From Bdellovibrionales bacterium (GTDB lineage Bacteria > Bdellovibrionota > Bdellovibrionia > Bdellovibrionales > UBA1609): DNA of 64,000 nucleotides. Below are positions 1-10,632 of the stretch, in pieces (the stretch's first letter is position 1; each line of letters begins with the position of its first letter). Made by a program: the position numbers and the translations under genes. Under the pieces are notes generated by a model that searched no databases, was not told where the DNA came from, and saw nothing but the letters and a program-made list of their open reading frames with translations. The DNA is taken from positions 64,001-128,000 of the forward strand of contig JAWLHR010000005.1 in assembly GCA_041690295.1 (NCBI GenBank), given 5' to 3'.

Positions 1-1
1 T

Positions 2-628
2 TACGATCCGGAATACATGGGTTACCGCGATCTGCGGGTCATCAATGAGGACCGCATCGCCCCGGGTAAAGGCTTTAGCACTCATCCGCACAGGGACATG
101 GAAATTATCACCTATGTGGTGAGCGGTGAGTTGGAACACAGAGACACGCTTGGCAATCAGTCCATCATACGTTCGGGCGAAGTTCAGCGCATGAGCGCCG
201 GTACCGGCGTGAAGCATTCCGAGTACAATCCCTCGACTGATCAGGAAACACATTTATTGCAAATTTGGATTTTACCGGAGCGCAAGGGGTTGACTCCGGG
301 ATACGCGCAAAAGGATTTTTCAGAGCTGTTGCGCGAGAAAAAACTCGTGCTCGCGGTTTCGCGCGATGGGCGTGATGGCTCGCTGACCATGAATCAAGAT
401 GTGGATGTTTACGTCGGCCGCTGGTCCGCCGCCGATGAGTGTGACTTCCAGATCCGGCCGGGGCGCGCCCTGTGGCTGCAAATCGTGAAAGGAGAGTTCA
501 CGGTCGAAGATCATCTCGGCAAAGATCTCATTTTGAGAGACGGTGATGGTCTGGCTTTGGCCGATCAGGACCGGCTTCGATGGCGATCAAGCGGGCCCGC
601 GGAGTTCATATTATTTGATCTGGCGTGA
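2..628 (+). CDS. Pirin family protein (YhhW-like), 5' end outside window
   Basis: YDPEYMGYRDLRVINEDR, HPHRDMEIITYV, GEVQRMSAGTGVKHSE and LQIW motifs; frame is open from the window edge. Confidence 0.93.
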   Translation, partial: YDPEYMGYRDLRVINEDRIAPGKGFSTHPHRDMEIITYVVSGELEHRDTLGNQSIIRSGEVQRMSAGTGVKHSEYNPSTDQETHLLQIWILPERKGLTPGYAQKDFSELLREKKLVLAVSRDGRDGSLTMNQDVDVYVGRWSAADECDFQIRPGRALWLQIVKGEFTVEDHLGKDLILRDGDGLALADQDRLRWRSSGPAEFILFDLA

Positions 629-724
629 GTGTACGTTGCCGTTCTCATTTTGAGACAATTCCTTGGTCGGCGGATTAAAAAAATTTGAGTTTGCCCGCTC
701 GGTTTTCTCCGATAAGCTGAGTGT

Positions 725-1366
725 ATGAAGCGATTGTACGTTGTTTGTTTGGCACTTCTAATTTCCTCTGAATCATTGTTGGCCCAAGATCCCGGCGAAA
801 GCGATTCCTCACAAGTCGAGATTTGTCAGGATTTCATCTGCACCAAACTCCGCGAGGAGATTTTGGTGGAAGCGGCCAAATGCCGGCCGTTGGCCGCGTT
901 CAAGCGGCGTCGTATGCGGGTGCGAAGATCCCGGGCGCGCAATTCCTGCAAGATTTTTAAAGACAACAATTTCAAACTCAGTAAAGGCAAGTGTTCAGCG
1001 GCCATCCGCGAAGCTTGCGAGCGCTCCGGTATCGATAGCCGTTATCTCAATGTGAACGCCTACGACCTCCACAAAAGAGGTTTAATGGAAAAGGCCGGCT
1101 TCGTGAACATGATCTGGAAGTATGACGAACACACCGCCCCGCTGGGTTCGATATTGATTTACGTGGGCGGCGTCGGCCATCGTTACGGTCACGTGGAAGT
1201 GCGGGTGAATCCCGACTTATATTGCAGCGATTACTGCAACACCCGCGCCGTGAACACCTCGAACGCGGCCACCCGCAACAAATATAAATTGGTTGGTGTT
1301 TACCTTCCGTTCACGTCGTCCATTACTTTAAGCTCCAGCATAGAGCCCGTGCCCGGACGTAATTAG
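725..1366 (+). CDS. Secreted protein with CHAP/NlpC-P60-like Cys-His motifs (putative peptidoglycan amidase/endopeptidase)
   Basis: Signal peptide; SKGKCSAAIREA, GSILIY, YGHVEV and CSDY pattern. Confidence 0.5.
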   Translation: MKRLYVVCLALLISSESLLAQDPGESDSSQVEICQDFICTKLREEILVEAAKCRPLAAFKRRRMRVRRSRARNSCKIFKDNNFKLSKGKCSAAIREACERSGIDSRYLNVNAYDLHKRGLMEKAGFVNMIWKYDEHTAPLGSILIYVGGVGHRYGHVEVRVNPDLYCSDYCNTRAVNTSNAATRNKYKLVGVYLPFTSSITLSSSIEPVPGRN

Positions 1367-1447
1367 TCCGGGACCCGCGACAAATTCTATTGTTTTTTAT
1401 CGCTTCCGGTGGCTAAACGGAGTCGGTATCTTTGTGAAGGAGGCCTT

Positions 1448-1927
1448 ATGGAGCGCACCCGGATCGATATAGGCATTCCCGAAGCCCAACGCAAAGAGAT
1501 CGCCATGGGCCTTTCACGTTTGCTGGCGGACACCTATTCGCTCTATCTGAAGACCCATTACTTCCATTGGAATGTCTCAGGCCCGATGTTTCAAACTTTG
1601 CATGATTTATTCGAGGAGCAATATACGGAGCTTTTCGGTGCCGCCGACAAGATCGCCGAAAGAATTCGCGCTCTGGACGAAGTGGCGCCGGGCAGTTACA
1701 GCGAATTCACGCGGTTGACGAGTATCGCGGAAGCCAAAGGGGTTCCGCCCGCGAGGGAGATGGTCGCGCAGCTGCTGGAAGGCCATGAGGCGGTGATTCG
1801 AACCGCGAGGTCCATTCTTCCCGCTGTTCAAGGCGCCCAGGATGAGGCCACGCTGGATCTTTTAACGGATCGTTTGGATGTGCACGAGAAAACAGCATGG
1901 ATGTTACGTTCTCACTTACGCGAATAA
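1448..1927 (+). CDS. dps: Dps family ferritin-like DNA protection protein
   Basis: LYLKTHYFHWNVSGPMFQTLHDLFEEQY, DKIAER and HEKTAWML; GAAGGAGG RBS before ATG 1448. Confidence 0.95.
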   Translation: MERTRIDIGIPEAQRKEIAMGLSRLLADTYSLYLKTHYFHWNVSGPMFQTLHDLFEEQYTELFGAADKIAERIRALDEVAPGSYSEFTRLTSIAEAKGVPPAREMVAQLLEGHEAVIRTARSILPAVQGAQDEATLDLLTDRLDVHEKTAWMLRSHLRE

Positions 1928-2199
1928 CAGAAGAGGTCGGTGCGCTGATCGAGGAAGGCGACTTCGAGGGCGCGGAGGAGTATTTGTCCGCGCGGTTGGC
2001 GTGCGAGCCTCGGTTTCAATGTTTCATTCATTATCAACTCGGACGGCTTTATCGCCGATGGAATAAGTTGAGTTCCGCCATTCAACACTTCAATCAGGCG
2101 ATCGAGGGAGCTCTCGCGGATCGGAATGAGATATTCGTGGCGCAGATTCTCGAAGAGCTTAATCTCGCGAAGAGCGAACAGCGTTCGCAAAAGCCTTGA
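1897..2199 (+). CDS. Small TPR-like helical protein
   Basis: HYQLGRLY...AIQHFNQAI TPR-like pattern; start overlaps the dps 3' end. Confidence 0.55.
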   Translation: MDVTFSLTRITEEVGALIEEGDFEGAEEYLSARLACEPRFQCFIHYQLGRLYRRWNKLSSAIQHFNQAIEGALADRNEIFVAQILEELNLAKSEQRSQKP

Positions 2200-2347
2200 A
2201 GTTCGGCGTGTCTCAGTACGAGAATATTTGAATAAAAGTTATACACTGTTTGAAAAGTCGACGGCTGGAAGCTTTATAGACAAATTCAACGTGCATTGAA
2301 CTTGCAAATTCTCGTGTAAGGATTCGCATGTATTCGGGGAGGGATGA

Positions 2348-5260
2348 GTGAAGATATTTGCTTCAACTCGATCATTGTTAATCGGTACGTGGCTCATAAT
2401 GGGACTGGCGCTCGCCGCCCATTTCAATTCCTGCGGAAAAGTCGAATTCGCACAAGATATTCCCAGCCGCATGAACGTGGCGCAGGGAGCCGCGATCATC
2501 CTTATTAATGGGGATGCTCCGTACACTAACTCTGATCTCGTGCAGTTAAATTTAGATTCGGAAAGAGCGGAAGAGGTTTATGTCACCAACGACAGCACAT
2601 GTGCGAGCGGCGGTGATTGGGAGCCATTGATTCCCACCAAGAATTGGACTCTCCCGCTTAAGAACCAAAAGGCGGCCGTTTACGCTAAATTCCGTAGCAT
2701 CAATGAAGGCTTTGTGACGCCCTGTCTTTCGGACGACATCCTTCATGACGACATTCCTCCGGAAGTCGTGCTTCAGCAGCCCACGATGGTGACCAATATT
2801 GAGACGCCGATCGTCATGTTCATGGCCGGCGATTCCGGATCCGGATTGGATCGCATGGTTTGCGAATGGCCCGGCAAAGCGCCCGAAGCCTGCTCTTTCG
2901 CCACTTCCAACGGCAATGTTCCCGAAGATCGTTATCTGATTAAGATTCACGCCATGGACCGGGCCGGCAACGTGTCCGTTCCGGTCGTTCAGGATTTGCT
3001 GGTGGATCGTACCCCGCCGACAATCCAATTCCTGAGCACGCCGCCCACGCTGGGCGCTGACACTTCGGTCAGCCATGCGTTCAACGTGACCGACGACAGG
3101 GCGGGAGTGAAATCGGTTGAATGCGCCTACAACGATAAATCCAAGTACGCCGCCTGTGCTTCGCCCCAATCGGCGCAATTGATGGATGGTCAGAACAGAT
3201 TTTATGTGCGTGCCTACGACTTCGCCGGCAATATGCGGGAGGCGGAGCACGTTTTCACGATCGATTCCAGCGCGCCGACGGTCAAGATCACCAAATCGCC
3301 GCCGGATTTTTCCAAAGATCATAACGGAACTTTCGAGTTCGAAGGCCAGGATGACGGCCAACCGATCAACCAGTTCGAGTGCCGGCTTGACGGTGGCAAT
3401 TACGCCAGCTGCTCGACGCCGAAAACCTACACCAATCTGGCCGACGGCTTACATACCTTTGAAGTCGTTGGTGTGGACGCCATCGGCAACAGATCGGCTC
3501 CGGCGACCCGCAGCTGGTATGTGGATACGGTGGCCCCGGTCGTCACGTTCGTGTTGACGCCGCCTTCTCTTGGAAAAGAATCCAACGTGGCCTTTAAATA
3601 TGACATCACCGATGTCGGTAGCGGTGTCGATAAGTCCGAGTGTTCGCTCGATGGCGGCGCTTACGCCGCTTGCTCCATGACCATGATCAATTACAACGAT
3701 CTGGCCGATGGCTCGCACACCTTCCGCGTACGCGCCACGGACAAAGCCGGCAATCAGGGTTTAAGCGATCTCATCACCTTCGTGATCGACAAAAATCCGC
3801 CCACGATCAATTTCACCCGTGTGCCGGAAGCTTACACCAATTCGCCGAATTTCGATTTCGGCTTCCGTGCGGAAGACGCGAACGGCATCGACCGCGTGGA
3901 GTGCAAACTGGATAGTGGCGCCTTCGTGGCTTGTGATTCCGTCATGAACCACGTCGTGCAAAACCTCGCGGAAGGCGCCCATCGCTTTACCATCCGCGCG
4001 ACGGACAAGGCCGGTAACAAGTCGGCGGAAGTTCGCCACGAATGGACGGTGGACCTGACTCTGCCTCAGATCGCTTATTACCAATTGCCGCCGGAAAGCG
4101 CGCTTGAAGGCACGGTGATCTCTTTGGGCTTCACCGCCAGTGACGCTTTGTCGGGTGTGAAAACGGTCGTTTGTAAATTGGATGGCGCCGTGACTTCATG
4201 TCAGTCGGGCGAAATCAAAACTCTGGCCGACTTAGCGGTTGGTTCACACAATTTCGAGGTCATCGTCACCGATAACGCCGGCAACGTGGCCACCGACACC
4301 CGCACGATCAACATCACTCCGCCGGTCTTGAAGACCCAACTGGTGGACGTGAAAGGAAACTCCAAAGTCGATATTCTCATGATCATCGACAATTCGGGTT
4401 CAATGGCGCAGGAGCACCAGAACATGGCCGCTCGATTCAGCAACTTCCTCGACAAGATCGTGAACCTGGATTGGCAGCTTGGTTTTATCACCACTGACGT
4501 CTCAAGCAATGCGCCCCGTAAAGACGGTCGCTTGCTCCCGCTCGTCGGTCTCAGTGGCGAGTACATCCTGACCTCGGCCTTGCCCATGGGCACCGCGGAA
4601 AGCGTGTTCGCGTCCACGATTCAAATGCCGACGAATGGTTCCGGTAATGAGCGCGGTTTCCGCGCGGCCATTCGCGCGATTGACCGGGCTTTTGACGGCA
4701 GTCAGGAAAGCCAGCCCAACGCTCAACTGTTCCGTCCGGAAGCGGCGTTGGCCATGCTGGTGGTGTCCGACTCTTACGATGATAGCAACACGACGCCGGA
4801 GCAGGTGATCGCCAAGGTCAATCAGCGCTGGGGTGGCAATAAGCCCTTCGTGTTCCACTCGGTTGTGATCCCGCAAAGCCAGTACACCGATCCCAATCGT
4901 TCACAGCCTTATCCCAATGATCCGTGCAAAGATTATCGTGAAAGCGTCAAACACGACGGTCGCGAATATCACCGCCTCTCCCAGTTGACTGGCGGTGTTC
5001 AGGGAACCGCTTGTTCGAACGACTATTCGTCCCAGTTGGCGGATATGGGTAAGATCACGGTTGAACTGGTCAGTTCAGTGACTCTGCTCTGTATGCCGAT
5101 CGACTACAATCGCGACGGAGTTGTGAATCAAGGTGACGTGGAAGTGATCGCCGCCAACGGCGTGCCCATCACCGACTTCACCGTGCAAGGTATGAAGCTG
5201 ACTTTCTCCAACGGCTTGCCGATGGGTGAAAACCAAATCCGCTACTATTGCGCGCAATAG
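2348..5260 (+). CDS. Large secreted/lipoprotein adhesin-like protein: tandem Ig-like repeats plus C-terminal VWA (MIDAS) domain
   Basis: N-terminal hydrophobic segment ending FNSC; repeated DxxxPxI/V...CxLDG...C...DxAGN units; DILMIIDNSGSM (DxSxS) motif. Confidence 0.85.
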   Translation: MKIFASTRSLLIGTWLIMGLALAAHFNSCGKVEFAQDIPSRMNVAQGAAIILINGDAPYTNSDLVQLNLDSERAEEVYVTNDSTCASGGDWEPLIPTKNWTLPLKNQKAAVYAKFRSINEGFVTPCLSDDILHDDIPPEVVLQQPTMVTNIETPIVMFMAGDSGSGLDRMVCEWPGKAPEACSFATSNGNVPEDRYLIKIHAMDRAGNVSVPVVQDLLVDRTPPTIQFLSTPPTLGADTSVSHAFNVTDDRAGVKSVECAYNDKSKYAACASPQSAQLMDGQNRFYVRAYDFAGNMREAEHVFTIDSSAPTVKITKSPPDFSKDHNGTFEFEGQDDGQPINQFECRLDGGNYASCSTPKTYTNLADGLHTFEVVGVDAIGNRSAPATRSWYVDTVAPVVTFVLTPPSLGKESNVAFKYDITDVGSGVDKSECSLDGGAYAACSMTMINYNDLADGSHTFRVRATDKAGNQGLSDLITFVIDKNPPTINFTRVPEAYTNSPNFDFGFRAEDANGIDRVECKLDSGAFVACDSVMNHVVQNLAEGAHRFTIRATDKAGNKSAEVRHEWTVDLTLPQIAYYQLPPESALEGTVISLGFTASDALSGVKTVVCKLDGAVTSCQSGEIKTLADLAVGSHNFEVIVTDNAGNVATDTRTINITPPVLKTQLVDVKGNSKVDILMIIDNSGSMAQEHQNMAARFSNFLDKIVNLDWQLGFITTDVSSNAPRKDGRLLPLVGLSGEYILTSALPMGTAESVFASTIQMPTNGSGNERGFRAAIRAIDRAFDGSQESQPNAQLFRPEAALAMLVVSDSYDDSNTTPEQVIAKVNQRWGGNKPFVFHSVVIPQSQYTDPNRSQPYPNDPCKDYRESVKHDGREYHRLSQLTGGVQGTACSNDYSSQLADMGKITVELVSSVTLLCMPIDYNRDGVVNQGDVEVIAANGVPITDFTVQGMKLTFSNGLPMGENQIRYYCAQ

Positions 5261-5283
5261 GTCAGCCGTTCCAAATCAGGATG

Positions 5284-5308
5284 TAGCGCGGCGAAGTTCG
5301 CCGCGCTA
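5284..5308. terminator. Perfect inverted repeat between convergent genes (probable terminator hairpin)
   Basis: TAGCGCGGCGAA-G-TTCGCCGCGCTA; no strong U-tract. Confidence 0.5.
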
Positions 5309-6529
5309 GGCCCAAGCGGCTTTGAGATTGCGATCGATCAGATCCAGGAAGTCTTCGGTATTGAGATATTGATCTTCGCGGACATTATCGCCGAAGGCCA
5401 GCAGCGCCAGATCCTTGGTCATTTTGCCGCTTTCGACGGTTTCAATGCAGACCTTCTCTAGGGTTTCCGCGAAGCGGATCAGCTCGGGCGTGTTGTCGAG
5501 TTTGCCGCGGAAAGCGAGCCCGCGAGTCCAGGCGAAAATCGAAGCGATCGGATTGGTGGAGGTCTTTTTGCCCTGCTGATGCAGGCGATAGTGGCGGGTC
5601 ACGGTTCCGTGAGCCGCTTCGGATTCCATGACCTTACCATCGGGAGTCAGCAGAACCGAGGTCATCAATCCCAGCGAGCCGAAGCCCTGGGCGACGGTGT
5701 CGCTTTGCACGTCGCCGTCGTAGTTCTTGCACGCCCAAACAAAGCCGCCACGCCACTTCAAGGCGGAGGCCACCATGTCATCGATCAGGCGATGTTCATA
5801 GGTGATGTCCGCTTTTTCGAACGCGGATTTGAATTCTTTCTCGTAAACTTCCTGGAAGATGTCTTTGAAGCGGCCGTCGTATTTTTTAAGAATGGTGTTC
5901 TTGGTCGATAAGTAAAGCGGCCATTTTTTCATCAAAGCCACATTGAAACAACTGCGGGCGAATCCGTAAATGGATTCGTCGGTGTTGTACATGGCCAGCG
6001 CCACGCCATCACCTTTGAAATTATAAACTTCGTGAGTTTGTGGCTCGCCGTTTTCAGGAGTGAAGGTGATGGTGAGCTTGCCTTTGCCTTTGGTGAGGAA
6101 ATCGGTGGCGCGATATTGATCACCGAAGGCGTGTCGGCCGATGCAAATCGGCTGATCCCAATTTTTCACCAGGCGCGGAATATTTTTGCAGATAATGGGT
6201 TCGCGGAAAACCGTTCCATCCAAAATGTTACGGATCGTGCCGTTCGGCGATTTCCACATTTGTTTCAAGCCGAACTCTTTCACCCGCGCTTCGTCAGGCG
6301 TGATGGTCGCGCATTTCACGCCGACACCGTACTTTTTGATCGCCTCCGCCGCCTCAACGGTCACTTGGTCATTGGTTTTATCGCGGTTTTGAATACCCAA
6401 ATCGTAGTACTTTAGGTCGATTTCCAGATAAGGAAGAATTAATTTCTTTTTAATAAAATCCCAGATGATGCGGGTCATTTCATCGCCGTCAAGTTCGACG
6501 ACCGGGTTTTTAACCACGATCTTTGACAT
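5306..6529 (-). CDS. icd: NADP-dependent isocitrate dehydrogenase (type II)
   Basis: [37 protein letters not shown] and [20 protein letters not shown]. Confidence 0.97.
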   Translation of the reverse strand: MSKIVVKNPVVELDGDEMTRIIWDFIKKKLILPYLEIDLKYYDLGIQNRDKTNDQVTVEAAEAIKKYGVGVKCATITPDEARVKEFGLKQMWKSPNGTIRNILDGTVFREPIICKNIPRLVKNWDQPICIGRHAFGDQYRATDFLTKGKGKLTITFTPENGEPQTHEVYNFKGDGVALAMYNTDESIYGFARSCFNVALMKKWPLYLSTKNTILKKYDGRFKDIFQEVYEKEFKSAFEKADITYEHRLIDDMVASALKWRGGFVWACKNYDGDVQSDTVAQGFGSLGLMTSVLLTPDGKVMESEAAHGTVTRHYRLHQQGKKTSTNPIASIFAWTRGLAFRGKLDNTPELIRFAETLEKVCIETVESGKMTKDLALLAFGDNVREDQYLNTEDFLDLIDRNLKAAWA

Positions 6530-6657
6530 GAAATCCTCCGTAAGGTTCAAGCGGCGGCGGCCGCTGCAGTCAGAGGCCCTGATTCTGGCAGTTCACGCCC
6601 CAAGGCGTCAACTCTTCATTGACCTGAGTGGCGCTGGTTTGGGAGAACTAACTCAGC

Positions 6658-7518
6658 TTGAACATCATCGAATGCAGGGGACTCACCCGACAATACAAAA
6701 CATACCGGCGTCGAGAGGGCGGTTGGAACGCCATCAAAGGTTTTTTCAATCGGCAAACAGAACTCAAAACGGCGGTGAAACCGACGAACCTGACCATTCA
6801 AGACGGGCAAGTCGTCGGTTTGGTGGGCGCGAACGGAGCCGGTAAAACTACACTTTTGAAAATGTTTTCCGGCCTGATTCATCCGAGCGGCGGTGAAATT
6901 TCGGTGCTGGGCTTTAAGCCCTTTGAGAGAAAAACCGACTTCCTTCGCCAGATATCGATTTTGCTCGGACAAAAAGCGCAACTTTGGTGGGATTTGCCCG
7001 CGGCGGACAGTTTCAATTTACTGACCCGAATTTATGATTTGGATCCCGTGCAAGCTAAAAATCACTGGCTCGATCTGGCGGAGAGGCTGGATTGCCGCGA
7101 CCAGCTTTACGTGCAATTGCGAAGGCTCTCGCTAGGTGAGCGCATGAAGATGGAGATCATCGGCAGCTTGTTGCACCGACCGCGCGTTTTGTTTCTCGAT
7201 GAACCCACCATCGGATTGGATGTGTTGGCGCAAACCACCATCCGGCACTTCTTAACGGAATACGTGCAGGAGCATCGGCCGACGATCATTCTCACCAGTC
7301 ATTACATGGACGACATCTCCCAGTTGGCGGATCGCCTTCTTCTAATCTCCCGCGGGGAGATCGTTTACGACGGTGATGTGGGGCATTTCCTCTCCTATGC
7401 TGAGAAAACTTTGAAATTGGACATCAAGAGCGAGGAAACGGATTTTGAGCAGGTCATTCATAAGTTTTTTGAGAAGGAATCTGGCCGCGGCCAGATTGGC
7501 CATCCTCACACAACTTGA
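6658..7518 (+). CDS. ABC transporter ATP-binding protein
   Basis: Walker A GANGAGKTT, signature LSLGERM, Walker B LFLDEPT, H-loop. Confidence 0.95.
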   Translation: MNIIECRGLTRQYKTYRRREGGWNAIKGFFNRQTELKTAVKPTNLTIQDGQVVGLVGANGAGKTTLLKMFSGLIHPSGGEISVLGFKPFERKTDFLRQISILLGQKAQLWWDLPAADSFNLLTRIYDLDPVQAKNHWLDLAERLDCRDQLYVQLRRLSLGERMKMEIIGSLLHRPRVLFLDEPTIGLDVLAQTTIRHFLTEYVQEHRPTIILTSHYMDDISQLADRLLLISRGEIVYDGDVGHFLSYAEKTLKLDIKSEETDFEQVIHKFFEKESGRGQIGHPHTT

Positions 7519-8263
7519 GTACCGTCTGAATTTCACGATCGACGCGGTCATTCAACCCATACTCACGGCGACGGTGGAGACGGCGTTGTGGTTGGGAATT
7601 TTTTCGGCGCTCGGGGCGGGGGAACTTGGAGGTTTCGGCCGGGAATCCTATTTGGCCTATGCCTTGTGGGCGAACTTCGTCAGTCGGGTCACGACCAACT
7701 GGATGTACGAGTACAATATGCTCGATGAGATCGACAGCGGACGAGTGAACGCCATCTTAATGCGCCCGATTTCTTTTTATGAATTTTATTTGTCGCAATT
7801 CATGGGGTACAAGTTCCTGGTCGCGGTGATTTCGTTCGTCATACCGTTGACCTTTTGTTTCGTGTTCGGGTTCCCCGTTCAGGTTGAACGCTTTCCCGTC
7901 ATGTTGCTGTTCGTGATGTATTATCTGATTTTCGTTCACACGCTTTCATTCTGCGTGGCCTGCCTCGCGTTTTATCTCAACCGCGCCCATTCCTTCACCG
8001 GGGTTAAGAATTTAGCGATTTGGGTGATGGCGGGCGAAATGATTCCGCTCGATCTCTATCCCGAGCCGCTGAAATCCCTTCTTTTGCATTCTCCTTTCGC
8101 CTCAGGCGTATATGTTCCGGTGGGATTCATGACGGGCCGTGTGGGATTTGATTATCTCGGTCAAAGCGTCATTAGCGTGACCGTGGGCATTTTGGTGATC
8201 GGGCTCATCGGCCGGTTTCTCTGGAAGAGGGGCCTTCGTGTGTACAGCGGGACGGGGGCCTGA
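7445..8263 (+). CDS. ABC-2 family permease (DUF990-like)
   Basis: LEYRLNF, multiple TM segments, GEMIPLDLYP; operon with the ATPase. Confidence 0.88.
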   Translation: MSRSFISFLRRNLAAARLAILTQLEYRLNFTIDAVIQPILTATVETALWLGIFSALGAGELGGFGRESYLAYALWANFVSRVTTNWMYEYNMLDEIDSGRVNAILMRPISFYEFYLSQFMGYKFLVAVISFVIPLTFCFVFGFPVQVERFPVMLLFVMYYLIFVHTLSFCVACLAFYLNRAHSFTGVKNLAIWVMAGEMIPLDLYPEPLKSLLLHSPFASGVYVPVGFMTGRVGFDYLGQSVISVTVGILVIGLIGRFLWKRGLRVYSGTGA

Positions 8264-8265
8264 TC

Positions 8266-9054
8266 ATGCTTCGTTATATAAAACTCTGGCTGCAGTTTTT
8301 TAAAACAAGTTGGATGGCCGATTCCGAATATCGCTTGAACTTCGTGATTCGGATTTTGGGCGAATTCGCCTGGTATACCGCTCAACTCAGCGTGTTCGAA
8401 GTTCTTTATCTTCATACGCAAGTCCTGAACGGCTGGGGTATTCAAGATGTGCGGGTCTTCATGGGAACTCTGTTTCTTGTCGATTCGCTGTATATGATTC
8501 TTTTTCTGGAAAACCTGGATGCGGTTTCCAGCATGGTCCGTAAGGGTGATCTGGATCTGCTTCTCACCAAGCCAGTCAACTCTCAGTTTATGATTTCCTG
8601 CCGAAAAGTGGCGGCGGTCCATGTGGTGAACCTGGTTTTAGTCACGGGATATTTGGTTTGGGGTATTTCCAATTTGAAGTCGATCCCCCATTGGAATCAG
8701 TTCGTCGCCTATGGGATGATGGTGATTGCGGGATTGGCCATTCTTTATTCTTTCCGACTTTTGTTTTCGATGGCCTCGGTGATCTTGATTGAGGCGACGA
8801 ATGTTCAGTTTGTCTGGTATCAGATTTACAAATTGGCAATGCGTCCCGACGTCATCTATCCCAAAATCCTTCGCCTGTTGATTTTGACCGCTCTTCCGGT
8901 GGGGTTTATCGCCAGTGTACCTTCGCGGATGTTAGTGGAGGGGATCAACTTCAAATTGGCCAGTACCGGTTTGGGAATCGCGGCGCTCATGATTTTATTC
9001 ACTTCTTACCTGTGGCGTCGGGCGCTGGTCCACTACTCATCGGCAAGCAGTTAA
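8266..9054 (+). CDS. ABC-2 family permease (DUF990-like), second subunit
   Basis: EYRLNF, VRKGDLDLLLTKPVNSQF and C-terminal YSSASS. Confidence 0.9.
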   Translation: MLRYIKLWLQFFKTSWMADSEYRLNFVIRILGEFAWYTAQLSVFEVLYLHTQVLNGWGIQDVRVFMGTLFLVDSLYMILFLENLDAVSSMVRKGDLDLLLTKPVNSQFMISCRKVAAVHVVNLVLVTGYLVWGISNLKSIPHWNQFVAYGMMVIAGLAILYSFRLLFSMASVILIEATNVQFVWYQIYKLAMRPDVIYPKILRLLILTALPVGFIASVPSRMLVEGINFKLASTGLGIAALMILFTSYLWRRALVHYSSASS

Positions 9055-9061
9055 GCGATCA

Positions 9062-9077
9062 CGGCATTCTCTTTGCT
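9062..9077 (+). promoter_or_regulatory. Candidate sigma54 promoter of the USP gene
   Basis: CGGCAT-TCTCT-TTGCT with GG-N10-GC spacing, 35 bp before ATG 9113. Confidence 0.3.
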
Positions 9078-9112
9078 TCATTGAACTCCATCACCAATGG
9101 GAAGGATCGAGA

Positions 9113-10072
9113 ATGACGAAAAAGCAGAGCCAAGTGAAAGTCGCGAGAAAAAATGTCTCGAAGCCAAAATCGCCCGGGCCAAAATGGGTCTTGGCGGTGG
9201 ATTTGTTTTCGGACCTGGATTTTTCAAAAGTCGCGCGGTTCGCGACCCAGTTCGCCTCACAAGTGGGAGCCGAGGTGGAAGGCGCCTATGTGCTCGCCCC
9301 TGAAAGCCTGAATTGGACGGGTGAGTTTTCCGGTCCCTGGATCAAGCGCTACAAACCGTTAACGGAAGCCAAAGCCCGCGAGGTTGAACCCAGGATCGGT
9401 GTTCCGATTCAGGTGGTCCCTTGTAAAGAGTCGAGTGTTCGTGCCTCGGTTAAAGCGTTGATCCGACATGCGCGAAAACAAAAGGCCAATTGCATTGTCA
9501 TTTCAACCCATGCCCGCCGCGGTCTTGAGCGCCTAACCCTGGGCAGCTATGCCGAAACTTTAATTTTAATGTCGCCCATTCCCGTGTTGGTGATTAATCC
9601 TTCGCAAGAATTACCCCGTCGGGTGAATCGGATCTTGATTCCCACTGACCTCAGTCGCAAAAGCGAGCGGTTCGTCTTGAGCATGGCGCCTTTGGCCAAA
9701 GCGGCGAATGCCTTTGTGGATGTTCTTTATAAAGTTCCGGACCCGATCGATCCTCTGATTCAACAGGGAGTTTACGCGGTCGGTGGCGGTTGGGTGAGCG
9801 TGCAGTCATATATCGAGATGGAAACCAAAGAGCGACAGGAGCAACAGGAGCGATTGTGCGCTCAACTCCATCGCAAAGGTGTTCGGGCCAACTGCCAGGT
9901 GGAGTCTTCGCCGTTGTCGTTGGTGGAGACCATCAACAACGCCGCGAAAAATAACGGTGCGGATTTGATCGCGGTCCTAACTCAATCCGGACCGGTAGGG
10001 GCGGTGATCCTGGGAAGCGTGGCCCGCGGACTTGTACGTAGTGCCCCGGTTCCAGTTATGATCTGCCGTTAG
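9113..10072 (+). CDS. Universal stress protein (tandem USP domains)
   Basis: IVISTHARRGLERLTLGSYAE, ILIPTDLS and ILGSVARGLVRSAPVPV. Confidence 0.92.
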   Translation: MTKKQSQVKVARKNVSKPKSPGPKWVLAVDLFSDLDFSKVARFATQFASQVGAEVEGAYVLAPESLNWTGEFSGPWIKRYKPLTEAKAREVEPRIGVPIQVVPCKESSVRASVKALIRHARKQKANCIVISTHARRGLERLTLGSYAETLILMSPIPVLVINPSQELPRRVNRILIPTDLSRKSERFVLSMAPLAKAANAFVDVLYKVPDPIDPLIQQGVYAVGGGWVSVQSYIEMETKERQEQQERLCAQLHRKGVRANCQVESSPLSLVETINNAAKNNGADLIAVLTQSGPVGAVILGSVARGLVRSAPVPVMICR

Positions 10073-10073
10073 T

Positions 10074-10547
10074 TCAGTTAAAGGCCGCCGTCCAGGTATC
10101 CAGAATGTAAGTGCCCGCGCCGGTCGTAAGTACACCTTGGCCGACCGGTTCGTTGGTATCCAGTTGACCGTTCCCGTTACTGTCGACGAAGGCGCAAACA
10201 TGATAGGAGCCGGGGTTCAATACGCTTTGCGAACCGCCGGAACTGTTCTTCCATTGGGAAATCAAAGCCATCAGGTAAATTCCTGAGCGGGTGCTGGTGG
10301 CCCTACCAGTCACCACGAAAAGTTGCTGGCGCTGGCTTTCACTCAATCCATTTAAAGTGTCATCGCAATCCAAAGCGAGGGATTCAATGAGCCCCACGTA
10401 AACCGTCTTGGCGTTTTGATTGCAATCCGTCACCGCCACACCGGAGCATTCGACTTGCACGGAAGGGATGTAGTTGCCTGAGCCCTCACCATTACCGCCA
10501 CAGCTAGAGAGAATGAGAATGAAGGGCATCAGCACGAATCGCCGCAT
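10074..10547 (-). CDS. Hypothetical lipoprotein with DxNGNG Ca-binding-like loop
   Basis: Lipobox LSSC; AFVDSNGNGQLDTNEP. Confidence 0.65.
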   Translation of the reverse strand: MRRFVLMPFILILSSCGGNGEGSGNYIPSVQVECSGVAVTDCNQNAKTVYVGLIESLALDCDDTLNGLSESQRQQLFVVTGRATSTRSGIYLMALISQWKNSSGGSQSVLNPGSYHVCAFVDSNGNGQLDTNEPVGQGVLTTGAGTYILDTWTAAFN

Positions 10548-10632
10548 GTGCCCAGATTAATAAACTGGGCGGGGATTCTCAACCTTCGTTTCGTTTCGAG
10601 ACAGGTGGATTTAGAACCCCTGCAGCCGGGAG

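Noticed and set aside
2552..3361. Long antisense or alternative-frame ORFs (also 16608-17198, 17241-17867, 18250-19119, 52410-53216)
   Set aside because: Shadow ORFs opposite well-supported genes, with no motifs.
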